Shown: positions 48,065 to 57,590, counted from the first letter of the stretch. The stretch: 63,096 nt of DNA from Patescibacteria group bacterium (GCA_018826905.1 JAHJYC010000001.1:1-63096); one strand, 5' to 3'. Numbers and translations: made by a program. Notes: generated by a model from the letters alone, not told the origin.

Positions 48065-50218
48065 TTAGTTTTCTTCTTCCTCGTCCGCGTCATCACCACC
48101 AGACCCCCCTATAACTTCACGAGGCCGCGAGCCATCAGCAGGGCCTATAACGCCTTTTTCTTCAAGGATATCCATGAGGCGAGCAGCACGAGAGTAGCCG
48201 ATACGGAGCTTTCGCTGCAGGTAGGACGTAGAAGCACGTCCTGCTTCTTCAACTGCTTCACGAGCGGCGCTATATAGCTCATCGTCCGCTTCATCATCGT
48301 CTGCAGCAAGCATGATTGCATCATTTGCTTCGTGAACACCTGCCCCTGCAGTCCCGGCACCCAAATCAATTGAAGAGAGTGAGCCAGAGTTATGTTCCTT
48401 TATATAGCTCACCACCTTCTTTACCTCTTGCTCACTGATGTATGCAGTCTGTAGACGCACAGGCTTCTGCATGTCAGCAGACATATAAAGCATGTCTCCC
48501 GCTCCAAGGAGAAGTTCAGCACCCCCTGAGTCTAGAATAGTGCGTGAATCTATCTGACTAGACACCTGCAAGGCCATGCGGGTAGGGACGTTTGCCTTAA
48601 TAAGTCCTGTAATGACATTTACTGAAGGACGCTGGGTGGAGAGGATGAGGTGGATTCCCACAGCACGAGACATCTGAGCGAGGCGCACAATCGCGCTCTC
48701 AAGCTCTCTCGGGTATGTCTGCATGATGTCTGCAAGCTCATCAATAACAATAACGATGTACGGCATTGCTTCAGGCATCTCCTTTGCCTTACGCTTCTTG
48801 GCTGGCTCAACAATGGTGTTGTGATACGACTCAATATCACGTACTTGCACCTCTTCAAGTATGTTATAGCGACGATCCATTTCCTTGGCAGCCCATTTGA
48901 GTGCAAAGATACACTTTTTCGGGTCAGTTATAACTGGCGTAAGAAGGTGGGGGATACCGTTATAGAGCGTGAGCTCAACACGCTTCGGATCAACCATGAT
49001 GAAGCGCATTTGATTAGGTCCGTTGCGATACAAAAGGGAAGTGATAACAGCATGAATAGCTACCGACTTTCCCGAGCCCGTGGCTCCAGCAATTAGACCG
49101 TGTGGCATCTTCGCGGTGTTCACATAGTGTGGAGTGCCGGTGATGTCTCGTCCTACGGCAGCGAGAAGTGGTTTCTTGCTCGCGTTCCATTCAGGTGCGC
49201 CAATAACACCTCCAAGGCCAACTGTTGCCTTTGATGCATTTGGTACCTCAATACCTACGAGCGACTTTCCTGGAATAGGAGCCTCAATACGAACAGGGTG
49301 TGCAGCAAGCGCAAGTTCAAGATTGTTTTGAAGCCCCACGATTTTATTGAGACGAACTCCCTCTGCTGGTTTTATGGCGTAGCGAGTAACAGTTGGTCCC
49401 ACTGAGATCTCGTCCATCTCTACGGAGATGCCAAAGTTCTGGAAAGTGCGCTTAATGATATTTGCGTTTGCCTTAATGTCTCCGACACCTGGCTTGCCCT
49501 TATCCTCGCCAAGAAGAGAGAGGGGAGGGGCCTGATATTCTGCATCAATATTTGGGATCGGCTCGGTGCTCGGTACAGCACTCTCTCGGTTGAACATGGT
49601 TATGACAGGTTCAGCTTCAGGGGCCTCCTCCTCAGATTCTTCTTCCTGTTCCTCTACTTCAGTTTCTTCGTCTTCTTCATCCTCCTCTGCGCGTGCTCTC
49701 CTCTCAGGGAAAGAAGGAAGTTTTATGGAGCTAGCAGCAGTGCCTGCTTTCTCAAAGAAGCCAGCGAGGACTTTTGAAAGCACAACGATATCAATTGCGA
49801 TAACTACTCCGATTGCTGCAACGGCTACTAGAAGGATCAAGGCGGCTGGCCCAAAGAATTCTGAGACAGTGGCCCCAAGTGCAGTCCCGGCAGCACCTCC
49901 GAGTGCCTGAGTTGTAATACCAAGGAGGGTGAGCAATGAGAGAAGTATCAGGGAAATACCGATTGCGGTGAGTGGAGAGACGAAGGTGCGCTCAAGCATC
50001 ACCGCAAGACCCACTCCCACAAGAAGAAGTGGAAGGAGAAGTGAGGCAACACCAAATACCCCAAAACCAAAAGTGAAGAGGGCGGTGCCAGCAAGACCAG
50101 CAAGTCCGAATGCGGCAAGTCCAAACATTGCTCCGAATGCAATAAGCACGATGCCCGTCGTCCATTTGGCGAGGGCACGATAGTTGTCTTGGTTGCGGCG
50201 CTTTCTGCGCTTTTTCAT
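48065..50218 (-). CDS. ftsK: DNA translocase FtsK/SpoIIIE
   Basis: N-terminal TMs, AGATGSGKS, IDELAD, STQRPSV, LQRKLRIGYSRAARL. Confidence 0.97.
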   Translation of the reverse strand: MKKRRKRRNQDNYRALAKWTTGIVLIAFGAMFGLAAFGLAGLAGTALFTFGFGVFGVASLLLPLLLVGVGLAVMLERTFVSPLTAIGISLILLSLLTLLGITTQALGGAAGTALGATVSEFFGPAALILLVAVAAIGVVIAIDIVVLSKVLAGFFEKAGTAASSIKLPSFPERRARAEEDEEDEETEVEEQEEESEEEAPEAEPVITMFNRESAVPSTEPIPNIDAEYQAPPLSLLGEDKGKPGVGDIKANANIIKRTFQNFGISVEMDEISVGPTVTRYAIKPAEGVRLNKIVGLQNNLELALAAHPVRIEAPIPGKSLVGIEVPNASKATVGLGGVIGAPEWNASKKPLLAAVGRDITGTPHYVNTAKMPHGLIAGATGSGKSVAIHAVITSLLYRNGPNQMRFIMVDPKRVELTLYNGIPHLLTPVITDPKKCIFALKWAAKEMDRRYNILEEVQVRDIESYHNTIVEPAKKRKAKEMPEAMPYIVIVIDELADIMQTYPRELESAIVRLAQMSRAVGIHLILSTQRPSVNVITGLIKANVPTRMALQVSSQIDSRTILDSGGAELLLGAGDMLYMSADMQKPVRLQTAYISEQEVKKVVSYIKEHNSGSLSSIDLGAGTAGAGVHEANDAIMLAADDDEADDELYSAAREAVEEAGRASTSYLQRKLRIGYSRAARLMDILEEKGVIGPADGSRPREVIGGSGGDDADEEEEN

Positions 50219-50323
50219 ATGGCCATTCTAACACCTGCATTCCTATATATGCGTAAGCTGCATCGTAGACGGAGTCCATGGTTGCAGAGCTAGAGTAACG
50301 GACATATAATTGTCCTTAACAGC

Positions 50324-51133
50324 ATGAAGGACACAAGAAATAGTAAAGGACAAAAGGAAGGAAATGCTCTTGGAAATTCCGGAGACAATTCTAACTTTGT
50401 CCTTGATAAGGCTATATTTTCAAACGTGTTTGAAAGAGACATTCGTCGCGTGTATCTATACAAGAAGGCAGAAAGACTTGCGAAGGCTATACATCTCGTA
50501 GGTCCTGCTTTTACAAAATCAGCAGCCCTCAAAGATCGTCTTGATCGGATTTCTATTGCGCTTGTTGATGCTGCTATCTTGCCGCCCGCTGCGTCTAGAG
50601 AAGCTCTCTCGCGAGAGCTTCTCGCGCTTTCTAGTATTCTCTCAATCGTACGTGTGGGAGGAGTTCTTTCTCCTATGAATGCAGATCTCATTGCAAACGA
50701 AGCACATTTGCTTCTACAAGAAGTTGCAGGGTACGAAGAGCCACGACTCACTCTTGAGGATGCTCCAACACTAGCCTCTCTCGCAAAATCTGCTGGCACT
50801 GCGAATGCATCTGCACAGGCACCATTGCGGTCTCTCGCAAGGATTACTTTTGATGAGGAGCTCGCAGAGGAAGCTCCTAAAGGACAATCTAAAGGACATG
50901 TATCGGACAAGGTTCCTGGAAAGCAGCAACCTAAGCGCATCTCTGAGAGAAGGGAAGCTATACTTTCTGTGCTTAAGCGAAGAGGAGGTTCCTATATAAA
51001 GGATATATCTCTTGTTATACGTGATGTGAGCGAGAAGACGATCCAGCGAGAACTTTCTCAGCTCGTGTCCGAAGGAGTGGTTACCAGAAAAGGGGACCGT
51101 AGATGGACCACGTACGAGATTGCGAAACAGTAA
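50324..51133 (+). CDS. Hypothetical protein with C-terminal DeoR-like winged HTH
   Basis: RREAILSVLK...VSEKTIQRELSQLV.EG...GDRRW. Confidence 0.75.
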   Translation: MKDTRNSKGQKEGNALGNSGDNSNFVLDKAIFSNVFERDIRRVYLYKKAERLAKAIHLVGPAFTKSAALKDRLDRISIALVDAAILPPAASREALSRELLALSSILSIVRVGGVLSPMNADLIANEAHLLLQEVAGYEEPRLTLEDAPTLASLAKSAGTANASAQAPLRSLARITFDEELAEEAPKGQSKGHVSDKVPGKQQPKRISERREAILSVLKRRGGSYIKDISLVIRDVSEKTIQRELSQLVSEGVVTRKGDRRWTTYEIAKQ

Positions 51134-51141
51134 GAGGAATA

Positions 51142-51170
51142 TTGACTTTTCTGAGGATACGGCCTAGAAT
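51142..51170 (+). promoter_or_regulatory. Sigma70 promoter upstream of the S-layer-like gene leader
   Basis: TTGACT-17 nt-TAGAAT. Confidence 0.7.
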
Positions 51171-51247
51171 GTGCGGGTGGTGATCTCTGGAGACAGAACA
51201 ATATAAACGGCCGGAAACGGCCTGTTTTACGTTTGCTGCTTTGGAGG

Positions 51248-51256
51248 TTATCCACA
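51248..51256 (+). promoter_or_regulatory. Perfect DnaA box
   Basis: TTATCCACA, upstream of a second -10 (TATACT 51290). Confidence 0.45.
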
Positions 51257-51299
51257 TTCGTTTTACGCGTTTACACATCATTGTTTCTGTATACTGTGT

Positions 51300-51697
51300 G
51301 TACACCCGGCGCTCATAGGAATGAGGCCGGGAATTCCGAAACGATTGGTGCGTATTCCTAAACGGAAGGGGTCCTTTGAAAACAGAATAGGATTCAAGAA
51401 CCGCGGCGTAAGAAGCTGCGGCTCTACCCGTCTTCATCTGGAGACGGACGCTGTAATGGATGTATTTGATAGAACACGGATGAACGCCGAATGAAAAGAA
51501 CCTTTACCAGCTAGCCGATGGGACGCGCGTCGATAGCACGCCCTGTCGGATAGTGTGAAATATGAAATAACTCACTCCCTTCCTCTCGGGGAGGGGAGGG
51601 ATTACTAAAAGAGAGATAAGGTACGTGTGCACCGCGCCATTCTTTATAAGTAGAACGCGGCGGATGCGTACTTCACTTAATTAAGCAAAGCATTACC
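51300..51697 (+). promoter_or_regulatory. Long structured 5' leader with boxA-like motif
   Basis: At least six hairpins; GTCCTTTGAAAAC at 51371-51383; no credible ORF. Confidence 0.6.
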
Positions 51698-53596
51698 ATG
51701 CAAATTGCAAACACAAACACAATCGCGAAGATTGCAGCTGTACTTGCAGGACTTGGCCTCGTTGCTTCAACTTTCGCAGCATTTGCTCCAGTAGCAAGCG
51801 CTCAGAGTTCAACTTCGTCAGCTGACCTACAGGCTCAGATCAACGCACTTCTAGCACAGATTGCAGCTCTTCAGGCTAACACCGGAACATCTGCAGCTGT
51901 ATCTTTTGATCGCGACCTTACCATGGGCTCAACAGGAGCTGATGTAACCGCGCTTCAGAACTGGCTTATCAGCAAGGGCTTCACCATCGCAGCTGGCGCT
52001 ACCGGATACTTCGGTGCACAGACGAAGGCAGCTCTTGGTGCCTACCAGGCATCAGTTAGCATCAGCCCAGCGGTTGGTTACTTTGGCCCGATCACTCGCG
52101 CTAAGGTAAACGCTTCTGCAGGAACTGGTACAGGTACTGGAACTGGAACAGGAACTGGCTCTACTGGAGACAGCCTTTCTGGAGGCGAGGCTAACCTCAC
52201 TGCTTACAACCTCCGTTCTGAGGATGGAAGTGGTGACGAGGGTGAGAGCGGAGTTGATATCGCAACTGCAGAGTTCGATGTTGATGACGCAGATGTACGC
52301 GTAGAGCGCGTAGAGCTCACTTTCGATGCTTCTAACGGAGCTCTCGAGGATCGTCCTTGGAAGTACTTCGACTCAATTGAGCTTTCTGCTAACGGCAAGA
52401 AGCTTGGTGACGTTGATGCGTCTGACAGAGACGAGTGGGATGAGACTACAAGTGGTTCTGACATTTATGTCATAACCTTCACTGGTCTTGACTACGTAGT
52501 TGAGGAGGGAGACATGGCAGAAATCTTGGTTTCTGCAGACATCTCTAGCAGCATCGATGATGCTGACCTAGATCAGACCTTCTCTGTTTACGTTGATGAC
52601 AACGGCATCCGTGCTGTTGACGGCGAGGGAATCCAGCAGTACATCGGTCAGGACACTGACACAGTTACTGTTGACTTCAACGCTGAGGACAACGGAGACC
52701 TTACCATCAAGTCAAACAGCGGTGATCCTGATGCATCTATCCTTGTTGGAGACGCTGACGATGTATCTGCTGAGTACGAAGTATTCATCTTTGACATCGA
52801 CAACGGTTCTGACGCTGATACGATCATCAACGACATTGAGGTCGGTGTAACTACCGGTACTGGTACTTCAGCTGTTAACATCATCCGCAACGCAACTCTT
52901 ACAGTTGACGGCGATGAGTTTGACGGAGATGTTGCTTCTACAACAATTACCTTCGACGACATGGATCTTGAGATCTCTGGAGACGATCGTGTTGAGGCAG
53001 TACTCACTGTTGAACTTAAGAGCGGCCCAGTTGAGACTACTCTCGTCTTTGACGTAGTTGGATCAACTGACGTTGACGCTGAGGGTGCTGATTCAGGTGA
53101 TAACTCAGCTGTGTCTGGTACACAGACAAGTTCTACTCACACGGTAGCCCTTGAGGGTATCGCAGTAGAGCCTGTTTCAACCAGCCAGTCTGTTGTAACT
53201 CCTGGTTCTGACGCTACTGCAACCTACGGTACATACACGATTAAGTTCGATGTAACTGCTATTGAGGACGATGCATTCATTGCAACGACAACTTCAACAA
53301 CAGGTACTGTTGGTGTAACGTACTCAATCGATGGAACTACCTACACAGGTACAACCACCGCATTGCTTACTTCATCTGCAGACACATCAGCAGAGGGTTA
53401 CTACGAGGTTGGAGAGGGAGATACTGAGCAGTTCACACTCACAGTTACTCTTGACCCAGCTGCTGCAGGAACATTTGAGGTAGATCTTTCATCGATCCGC
53501 TTCAACAATTCTGCATCATTCTCTGGTTCATCAGTCCTTACGATTGATTCAAACAACCAGGATTACCAGACTGACCCAATCTACATCGCTAACTAA
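51698..53596 (+). CDS. S-layer-like major surface protein with peptidoglycan-binding domain (copy 1)
   Basis: Signal peptide, LQAQINALLAQI coil, RDLTMGSTGADVTALQ..GYFG..T domain, (GT)n linker, very acidic beta-rich body, strong codon bias. Confidence 0.8.
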   Translation: MQIANTNTIAKIAAVLAGLGLVASTFAAFAPVASAQSSTSSADLQAQINALLAQIAALQANTGTSAAVSFDRDLTMGSTGADVTALQNWLISKGFTIAAGATGYFGAQTKAALGAYQASVSISPAVGYFGPITRAKVNASAGTGTGTGTGTGTGSTGDSLSGGEANLTAYNLRSEDGSGDEGESGVDIATAEFDVDDADVRVERVELTFDASNGALEDRPWKYFDSIELSANGKKLGDVDASDRDEWDETTSGSDIYVITFTGLDYVVEEGDMAEILVSADISSSIDDADLDQTFSVYVDDNGIRAVDGEGIQQYIGQDTDTVTVDFNAEDNGDLTIKSNSGDPDASILVGDADDVSAEYEVFIFDIDNGSDADTIINDIEVGVTTGTGTSAVNIIRNATLTVDGDEFDGDVASTTITFDDMDLEISGDDRVEAVLTVELKSGPVETTLVFDVVGSTDVDAEGADSGDNSAVSGTQTSSTHTVALEGIAVEPVSTSQSVVTPGSDATATYGTYTIKFDVTAIEDDAFIATTTSTTGTVGVTYSIDGTTYTGTTTALLTSSADTSAEGYYEVGEGDTEQFTLTVTLDPAAAGTFEVDLSSIRFNNSASFSGSSVLTIDSNNQDYQTDPIYIAN

Positions 53597-53661
53597 TGGA
53601 CTCTCTGAGATACGTCTCGGAACCCAAAAGAAAGTGACGTAGACTGCAAAGTCTCGTAAAT

Positions 53662-53695
53662 GCAAAAACCCCACGGTACGCCGTGGGGTTTTTGC
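53662..53695 (+). terminator. Terminator after copy 1
   Basis: GCAAAAACCCCACGG-tacg-CCGTGGGGTTTTTGC. Confidence 0.9.
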
Positions 53696-53922
53696 TATTT
53701 CTTCAGGTTCATGAGGTCTTCAGTACAAGTGCGCTATAGATACAAACAGACTCCTTCAATGAATGATACGAACATACGCCTGTAGGAATAGAAGGATTAA
53801 TACGTCTACTTTTATATAGGCCAGTGATTTGCAGTAAGAAGCAGATCACCAATATGGCTTGAAAGGTTACTAGCGACATCTATCTGAGTAGACGCAGGCA
53901 GATGTCTTAACACCAATTACCC

Positions 53923-55830
53923 ATGACACATATACAACACACACCATTCGCGAAAGTTGCATCTGTGTTTACAGGTCTGGCTCTAATGCTCTCTATGGGA
54001 GTGGCGGCTCCGGCCCAAGCACAGACGGCGACTAACGCACAGCTGCAGGCACAGCTGCAGGTTCTTCTGGCACAACTCGCAGCACTTCAGGCACAACTTA
54101 ATGGAGGAGTTGCGGTAGGGAAGTGTAACTTCACACGAGACCTTACAGTAGGCTCTACAGGAGCCGATGTAACCTGTCTGCAAACATATCTGACAAGTAC
54201 CGGACACTTCACTTTCTCAGGAGGAGCGACTGGGTACTTCGGACCTATTACGCAAAGCGCAGTAGCGCGGTGGCAGGCAAGTAACGGCGTCGCTCCAGCG
54301 GTTGGATACTTTGGCCCGATCTCTCGTGCCAAGTACAACGCTATCGTTACCATTGTTGTTCCTCCAGTAGTGGATGACGATGATGACGACGATGACACAG
54401 CGGGACTCTCTGGAGGAGAAGCAAGCCTTACTGCGTACAACTTCCGTTCTGAGGATGGAAGTGGTAACGAGGGTGAGAGCGGAGTTGAGATCGCAACTGC
54501 AGAATTTGATGTTGATGACGGAGACGTTCGTGTTGAACGAATGGAAATCACGTTTGAAGCATCAGATAACGGACTTGAAGACCGGCCGTGGGATTATTTT
54601 GATTCCATTAGCGTATGGTCAGGTGGAGACAGACTAGAAGAAGTTGATGCAGGAGACCGCGATGAGTGGAGTGAGACTACAGACGATGTGTACGTTCTGT
54701 GGCTCACCAACCTTAATGAAATAGTGAGAGAGGGCGATACTGCTGAGCTCACTATTATGGCTGACATCTCTTCATCAATTGATACTGATGACCTGGACCA
54801 GGAATTCATCATCAGTATTGATGACCGTGGTATACGCGCAGTAGACAGTGAGGGAATTCAGCAGTACATCGGAAACGATAATGACACCGTAACCTTTGAC
54901 TTCGGTGCAGAACTGACAGGTGACCTCACCATTCGTTCTAGCTCAGACGATCCTGATGCATCTATCCTCGTTGCAGATGAGGATCGCGTGTCTGACGAGT
55001 TCACTGTCTTTGCGTTTGAGATTAGAAACGAAGAAGACGTGGAGGTCCTCCTTAACGATCTCACCATTGATGTAGATACTAATGGAGGCTCGGACGCTGA
55101 CGAAATGATCCGTGATGCAACACTTGTTATTGATGGAGACGACTTTGATGGAGACATCAACACAGCTTCAATTGACTTCAACGATCTAGACTTTGAGATT
55201 GATGGAGACGAGACAGTAACAGTTGAGCTCATGATTAGTCTCAATAGACAGGACGGAAACTATTCTGCCTCTGGCGAATCCCTCCAGTTCTCTATTGATG
55301 GAGTTGATCTAGATGCTGAAGGCCTAGACTCTGGAGACAATTCAGATGTAGGAGGAAGTGCTGACAGTGCAGTGCATACTGTTTCCCTAACGGGAATTGA
55401 AGTGCAGGCGCTCAGTACTAGCCAGGCAGTCGTAACTCCAGGATCAAGTGCGTCAGACACGTACGGTACGTACACGATCCGCTTTGAAGTTGAGGCCATT
55501 GATGAGGATGCATACATTGCAACCACAACTGCAGATAGCGGTACGGTGGGAGTGGCGTATGACATTAATGGAAGCAGCTTCTCTGGAACAGAGACTGCGG
55601 TACTCTCGTCAAACGCAACAACGCAGGATGGGTTCTACCGTGTTAATGAAGGTGACGTACGCACCTTTACTCTTACGGTAACGTTGAATCCAACCACTGC
55701 CGGAACGTTCTCAGTAGAACTTGAATCGGTACGCTTCAATGATTCAGCAAGCTTCACTGGAAGCACGCTGTTCACCATTGACTCAAACAATCAGGACTAT
55801 GAGACCGATCCTATCTACATTGCTAACTAG
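53923..55830 (+). CDS. S-layer-like surface protein paralog (copy 2)
   Basis: Colinear with copy 1; ends IDSNNQDYETDPIYIAN; poly-Asp linker. Confidence 0.8.
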   Translation: MTHIQHTPFAKVASVFTGLALMLSMGVAAPAQAQTATNAQLQAQLQVLLAQLAALQAQLNGGVAVGKCNFTRDLTVGSTGADVTCLQTYLTSTGHFTFSGGATGYFGPITQSAVARWQASNGVAPAVGYFGPISRAKYNAIVTIVVPPVVDDDDDDDDTAGLSGGEASLTAYNFRSEDGSGNEGESGVEIATAEFDVDDGDVRVERMEITFEASDNGLEDRPWDYFDSISVWSGGDRLEEVDAGDRDEWSETTDDVYVLWLTNLNEIVREGDTAELTIMADISSSIDTDDLDQEFIISIDDRGIRAVDSEGIQQYIGNDNDTVTFDFGAELTGDLTIRSSSDDPDASILVADEDRVSDEFTVFAFEIRNEEDVEVLLNDLTIDVDTNGGSDADEMIRDATLVIDGDDFDGDINTASIDFNDLDFEIDGDETVTVELMISLNRQDGNYSASGESLQFSIDGVDLDAEGLDSGDNSDVGGSADSAVHTVSLTGIEVQALSTSQAVVTPGSSASDTYGTYTIRFEVEAIDEDAYIATTTADSGTVGVAYDINGSSFSGTETAVLSSNATTQDGFYRVNEGDVRTFTLTVTLNPTTAGTFSVELESVRFNDSASFTGSTLFTIDSNNQDYETDPIYIAN

Positions 55831-55850
55831 ACCCTAGTTAGAAGTGGACA

Positions 55851-55882
55851 CAAAACCCCTACGGTACGCCGCAGGGGTTTTG
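55851..55882 (+). terminator. Terminator after copy 2 (homologous to that of copy 1)
   Basis: CAAAACCCCTACGG-tacg-CCGCAGGGGTTTTG. Confidence 0.85.
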
Positions 55883-56045
55883 GTATACTAATTGGAGCGT
55901 ATGGAATACTTCTTTCACTTTTTGAAGTTCCTCGGAGTTTTTGCCCTTATAATCGCGGGCTCGCTCTCTTTGTTGCAGGTAGTGTCCGGGGGAACGTTTT
56001 AGTGCATTGCACCCCGCGTCTTCTTGGGGTAGAGTGCCAAAGTAC

Positions 56046-56085
56046 GGACCGAAGACAGCAGGCATATATAAGCCCTGCCGAGGGA
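56046..56085 (+). promoter_or_regulatory. L10 leader (rplJ autoregulatory RNA)
   Basis: ACCGAAGACAGCAGG...TAAG.CCTGCCGAGG matches the known L10 leader core; TATAAT at 55948. Confidence 0.85.
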
Positions 56086-56175
56086 CACTTCGCAAACAGC
56101 TTGTTTGCGGGTCGATCGTCTCCACAGGTCCTGCCTATGCAGGGCCGTTCTCGTTTCCGTACACACACAACAAAC

Positions 56176-56670
56176 ATGGCAATAACCAAAGCAAAGAAAG
56201 AGGAAGTAGTCGCTAAAGTTGCTGACTCAATCAAGAACGCTGCGTCAGTGGTCTTTGTGCGCTTCCGCGGTCTTACCGTGGCAGACACAAGCGCTATGCG
56301 CCGTTCGTTGAGAGAGCAGGGCATTGGCTACTACGTCGCTAAGAAGTCTCTTATGCGCCGCGCATTTGCGGACAAGGGATACACAGGAACACTCCCTGAG
56401 CTTCCTGGAGAAATAGCGATTGCATGGAGCGAAGGCGATTCAACCGCCCCAGCTCGCGAGATCTACGAGCACGGCAAGAAGCACAAAGACTCACTCACTA
56501 TTGTGGGAGGAATTTTTGACGGCGCTTTTGCTGACGCAGTAGCAATGAACGCTATTGCTACCATTCCGCCAGTACCTGTACTACGCGGTATGTTCGTAAA
56601 CGTAATCAACAGCCCAATCCAAGGACTTGTTATTGCGCTTGATCAGATTCGTGAGAAGAAGGCGGCATAA
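56176..56670 (+). CDS. rplJ: 50S ribosomal protein L10
   Basis: MAITKAKKEE, FRGLTV, VAKKSL, IVGG. Confidence 0.95.
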   Translation: MAITKAKKEEVVAKVADSIKNAASVVFVRFRGLTVADTSAMRRSLREQGIGYYVAKKSLMRRAFADKGYTGTLPELPGEIAIAWSEGDSTAPAREIYEHGKKHKDSLTIVGGIFDGAFADAVAMNAIATIPPVPVLRGMFVNVINSPIQGLVIALDQIREKKAA

Positions 56671-56697
56671 GCCAATTACTAAAACTAGATTCATACT

Positions 56698-57183
56698 ATG
56701 GCAGACGAAACACAGCAGGACGCAGTAGAAGAGACTGCCGCTCCCGTAGAAGAGACCAAGGAAGAGGCGGCACCCGCAGCTCCTGAGGTATCTGAGGAAG
56801 CAGCAGTAGAAGTTCCTGAGAAGTTCAAGAAGATTGTCTCTGAAATTGAGGAGATGAGCGTTTTGGAACTCTCTGAGCTCGTAAAGGTATTTGAGAAGAA
56901 GTTTGGCGTTTCAGCAGCAGCAGTTGCTGTAGCTGGACCTGCAGCAGCAGGTGCAGGAGCTGACGACGCAAAGAGCACAATGGATGTTGAGCTCACCGAC
57001 GCCGGAGCGAACAAGATCCAGGTGATCAAGGTCGTGAAGGAAGTACTCGGACTTGGCCTCAAGGAGGCTAAGGACCTTGTGGACGGAGTTCCTTCAATGT
57101 TGAAGGAAGGACTTGGCAAGGACGATGCTGATGCCCTTAAGGCAAAGGTTGAAGAGGCAGGAGGAAAGGTTACTTTTAAGTAA
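56698..57183 (+). CDS. rplL: 50S ribosomal protein L7/L12 with acidic N-terminal extension
   Basis: [39 protein letters not shown]. Confidence 0.96.
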   Translation: MADETQQDAVEETAAPVEETKEEAAPAAPEVSEEAAVEVPEKFKKIVSEIEEMSVLELSELVKVFEKKFGVSAAAVAVAGPAAAGAGADDAKSTMDVELTDAGANKIQVIKVVKEVLGLGLKEAKDLVDGVPSMLKEGLGKDDADALKAKVEEAGGKVTFK

Positions 57184-57197
57184 TCATTCTTTCGTTA

Positions 57198-57229
57198 AAA
57201 GAAAAGGCGCTTACGGGCGCCTTTTCTTT
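57198..57229 (+). terminator. Terminator after rplL
   Basis: AAAGAAAAGGCGC...GCGCCTTTTCTTT. Confidence 0.85.
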
Positions 57230-57284
57230 ATATATAGAAAGGGCCCGTTCCCGAAGAAACGGACCCCAAGATGCTTGTGTGGGT

Positions 57285-57590
57285 TCAGCCGCGGTTGACC
57301 ACGTGCGTTTCGGTGCGCGTGATCAGATCGTTCGGCTTGCTGCTCGTGCAGCTCTCGTAGGCGGCAGTGAACAGGATGCTGTCGTCATGGGCCGGCTTCT
57401 TGAAGCTGAGCCGACGGGTCGGAGATCCGTCCGCTTCTTCGGCCAGGCGCACCCGCAGGTGGCAGGCGCCGACGGTGAGAATGGGCTGATCGACCACGAC
57501 GTAGTTGACCACCACCCGCTCACGCACCGGGCCATTGCCGCACCCTGCCAGAACGATAGCTCCAGCGGCAAGCAACAAGAACTTTTGCAT
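57285..57590 (-). CDS. High-GC putative lipoprotein
   Basis: MQKFLLLAAGAIVLAG|C lipobox; SD GAGGGAG; own promoter. Confidence 0.75.
   Translation of the reverse strand: MQKFLLLAAGAIVLAGCGNGPVRERVVVNYVVVDQPILTVGACHLRVRLAEEADGSPTRRLSFKKPAHDDSILFTAAYESCTSSKPNDLITRTETHVVNRG

Noticed and set aside
50290..50940. Long antisense ORFs (also 12511-13137, 30002-30691 and others)
   Set aside because: Shadows of well-supported genes on the opposite strand, with Ser/Arg-rich non-protein-like composition.
51248..51256. Replication origin
   Set aside because: Single perfect DnaA box, no cluster, no AT-rich unwinding element, no dnaA/dnaN nearby.
52121..52168. Tandem repeat array or CRISPR
   Set aside because: Degenerate 6-nt repeats encoding a Gly-Thr linker; no repeat-spacer array seen anywhere in the window.
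56002..56175. Extended L10 N-terminus
   Set aside because: This region is the L10 leader RNA.
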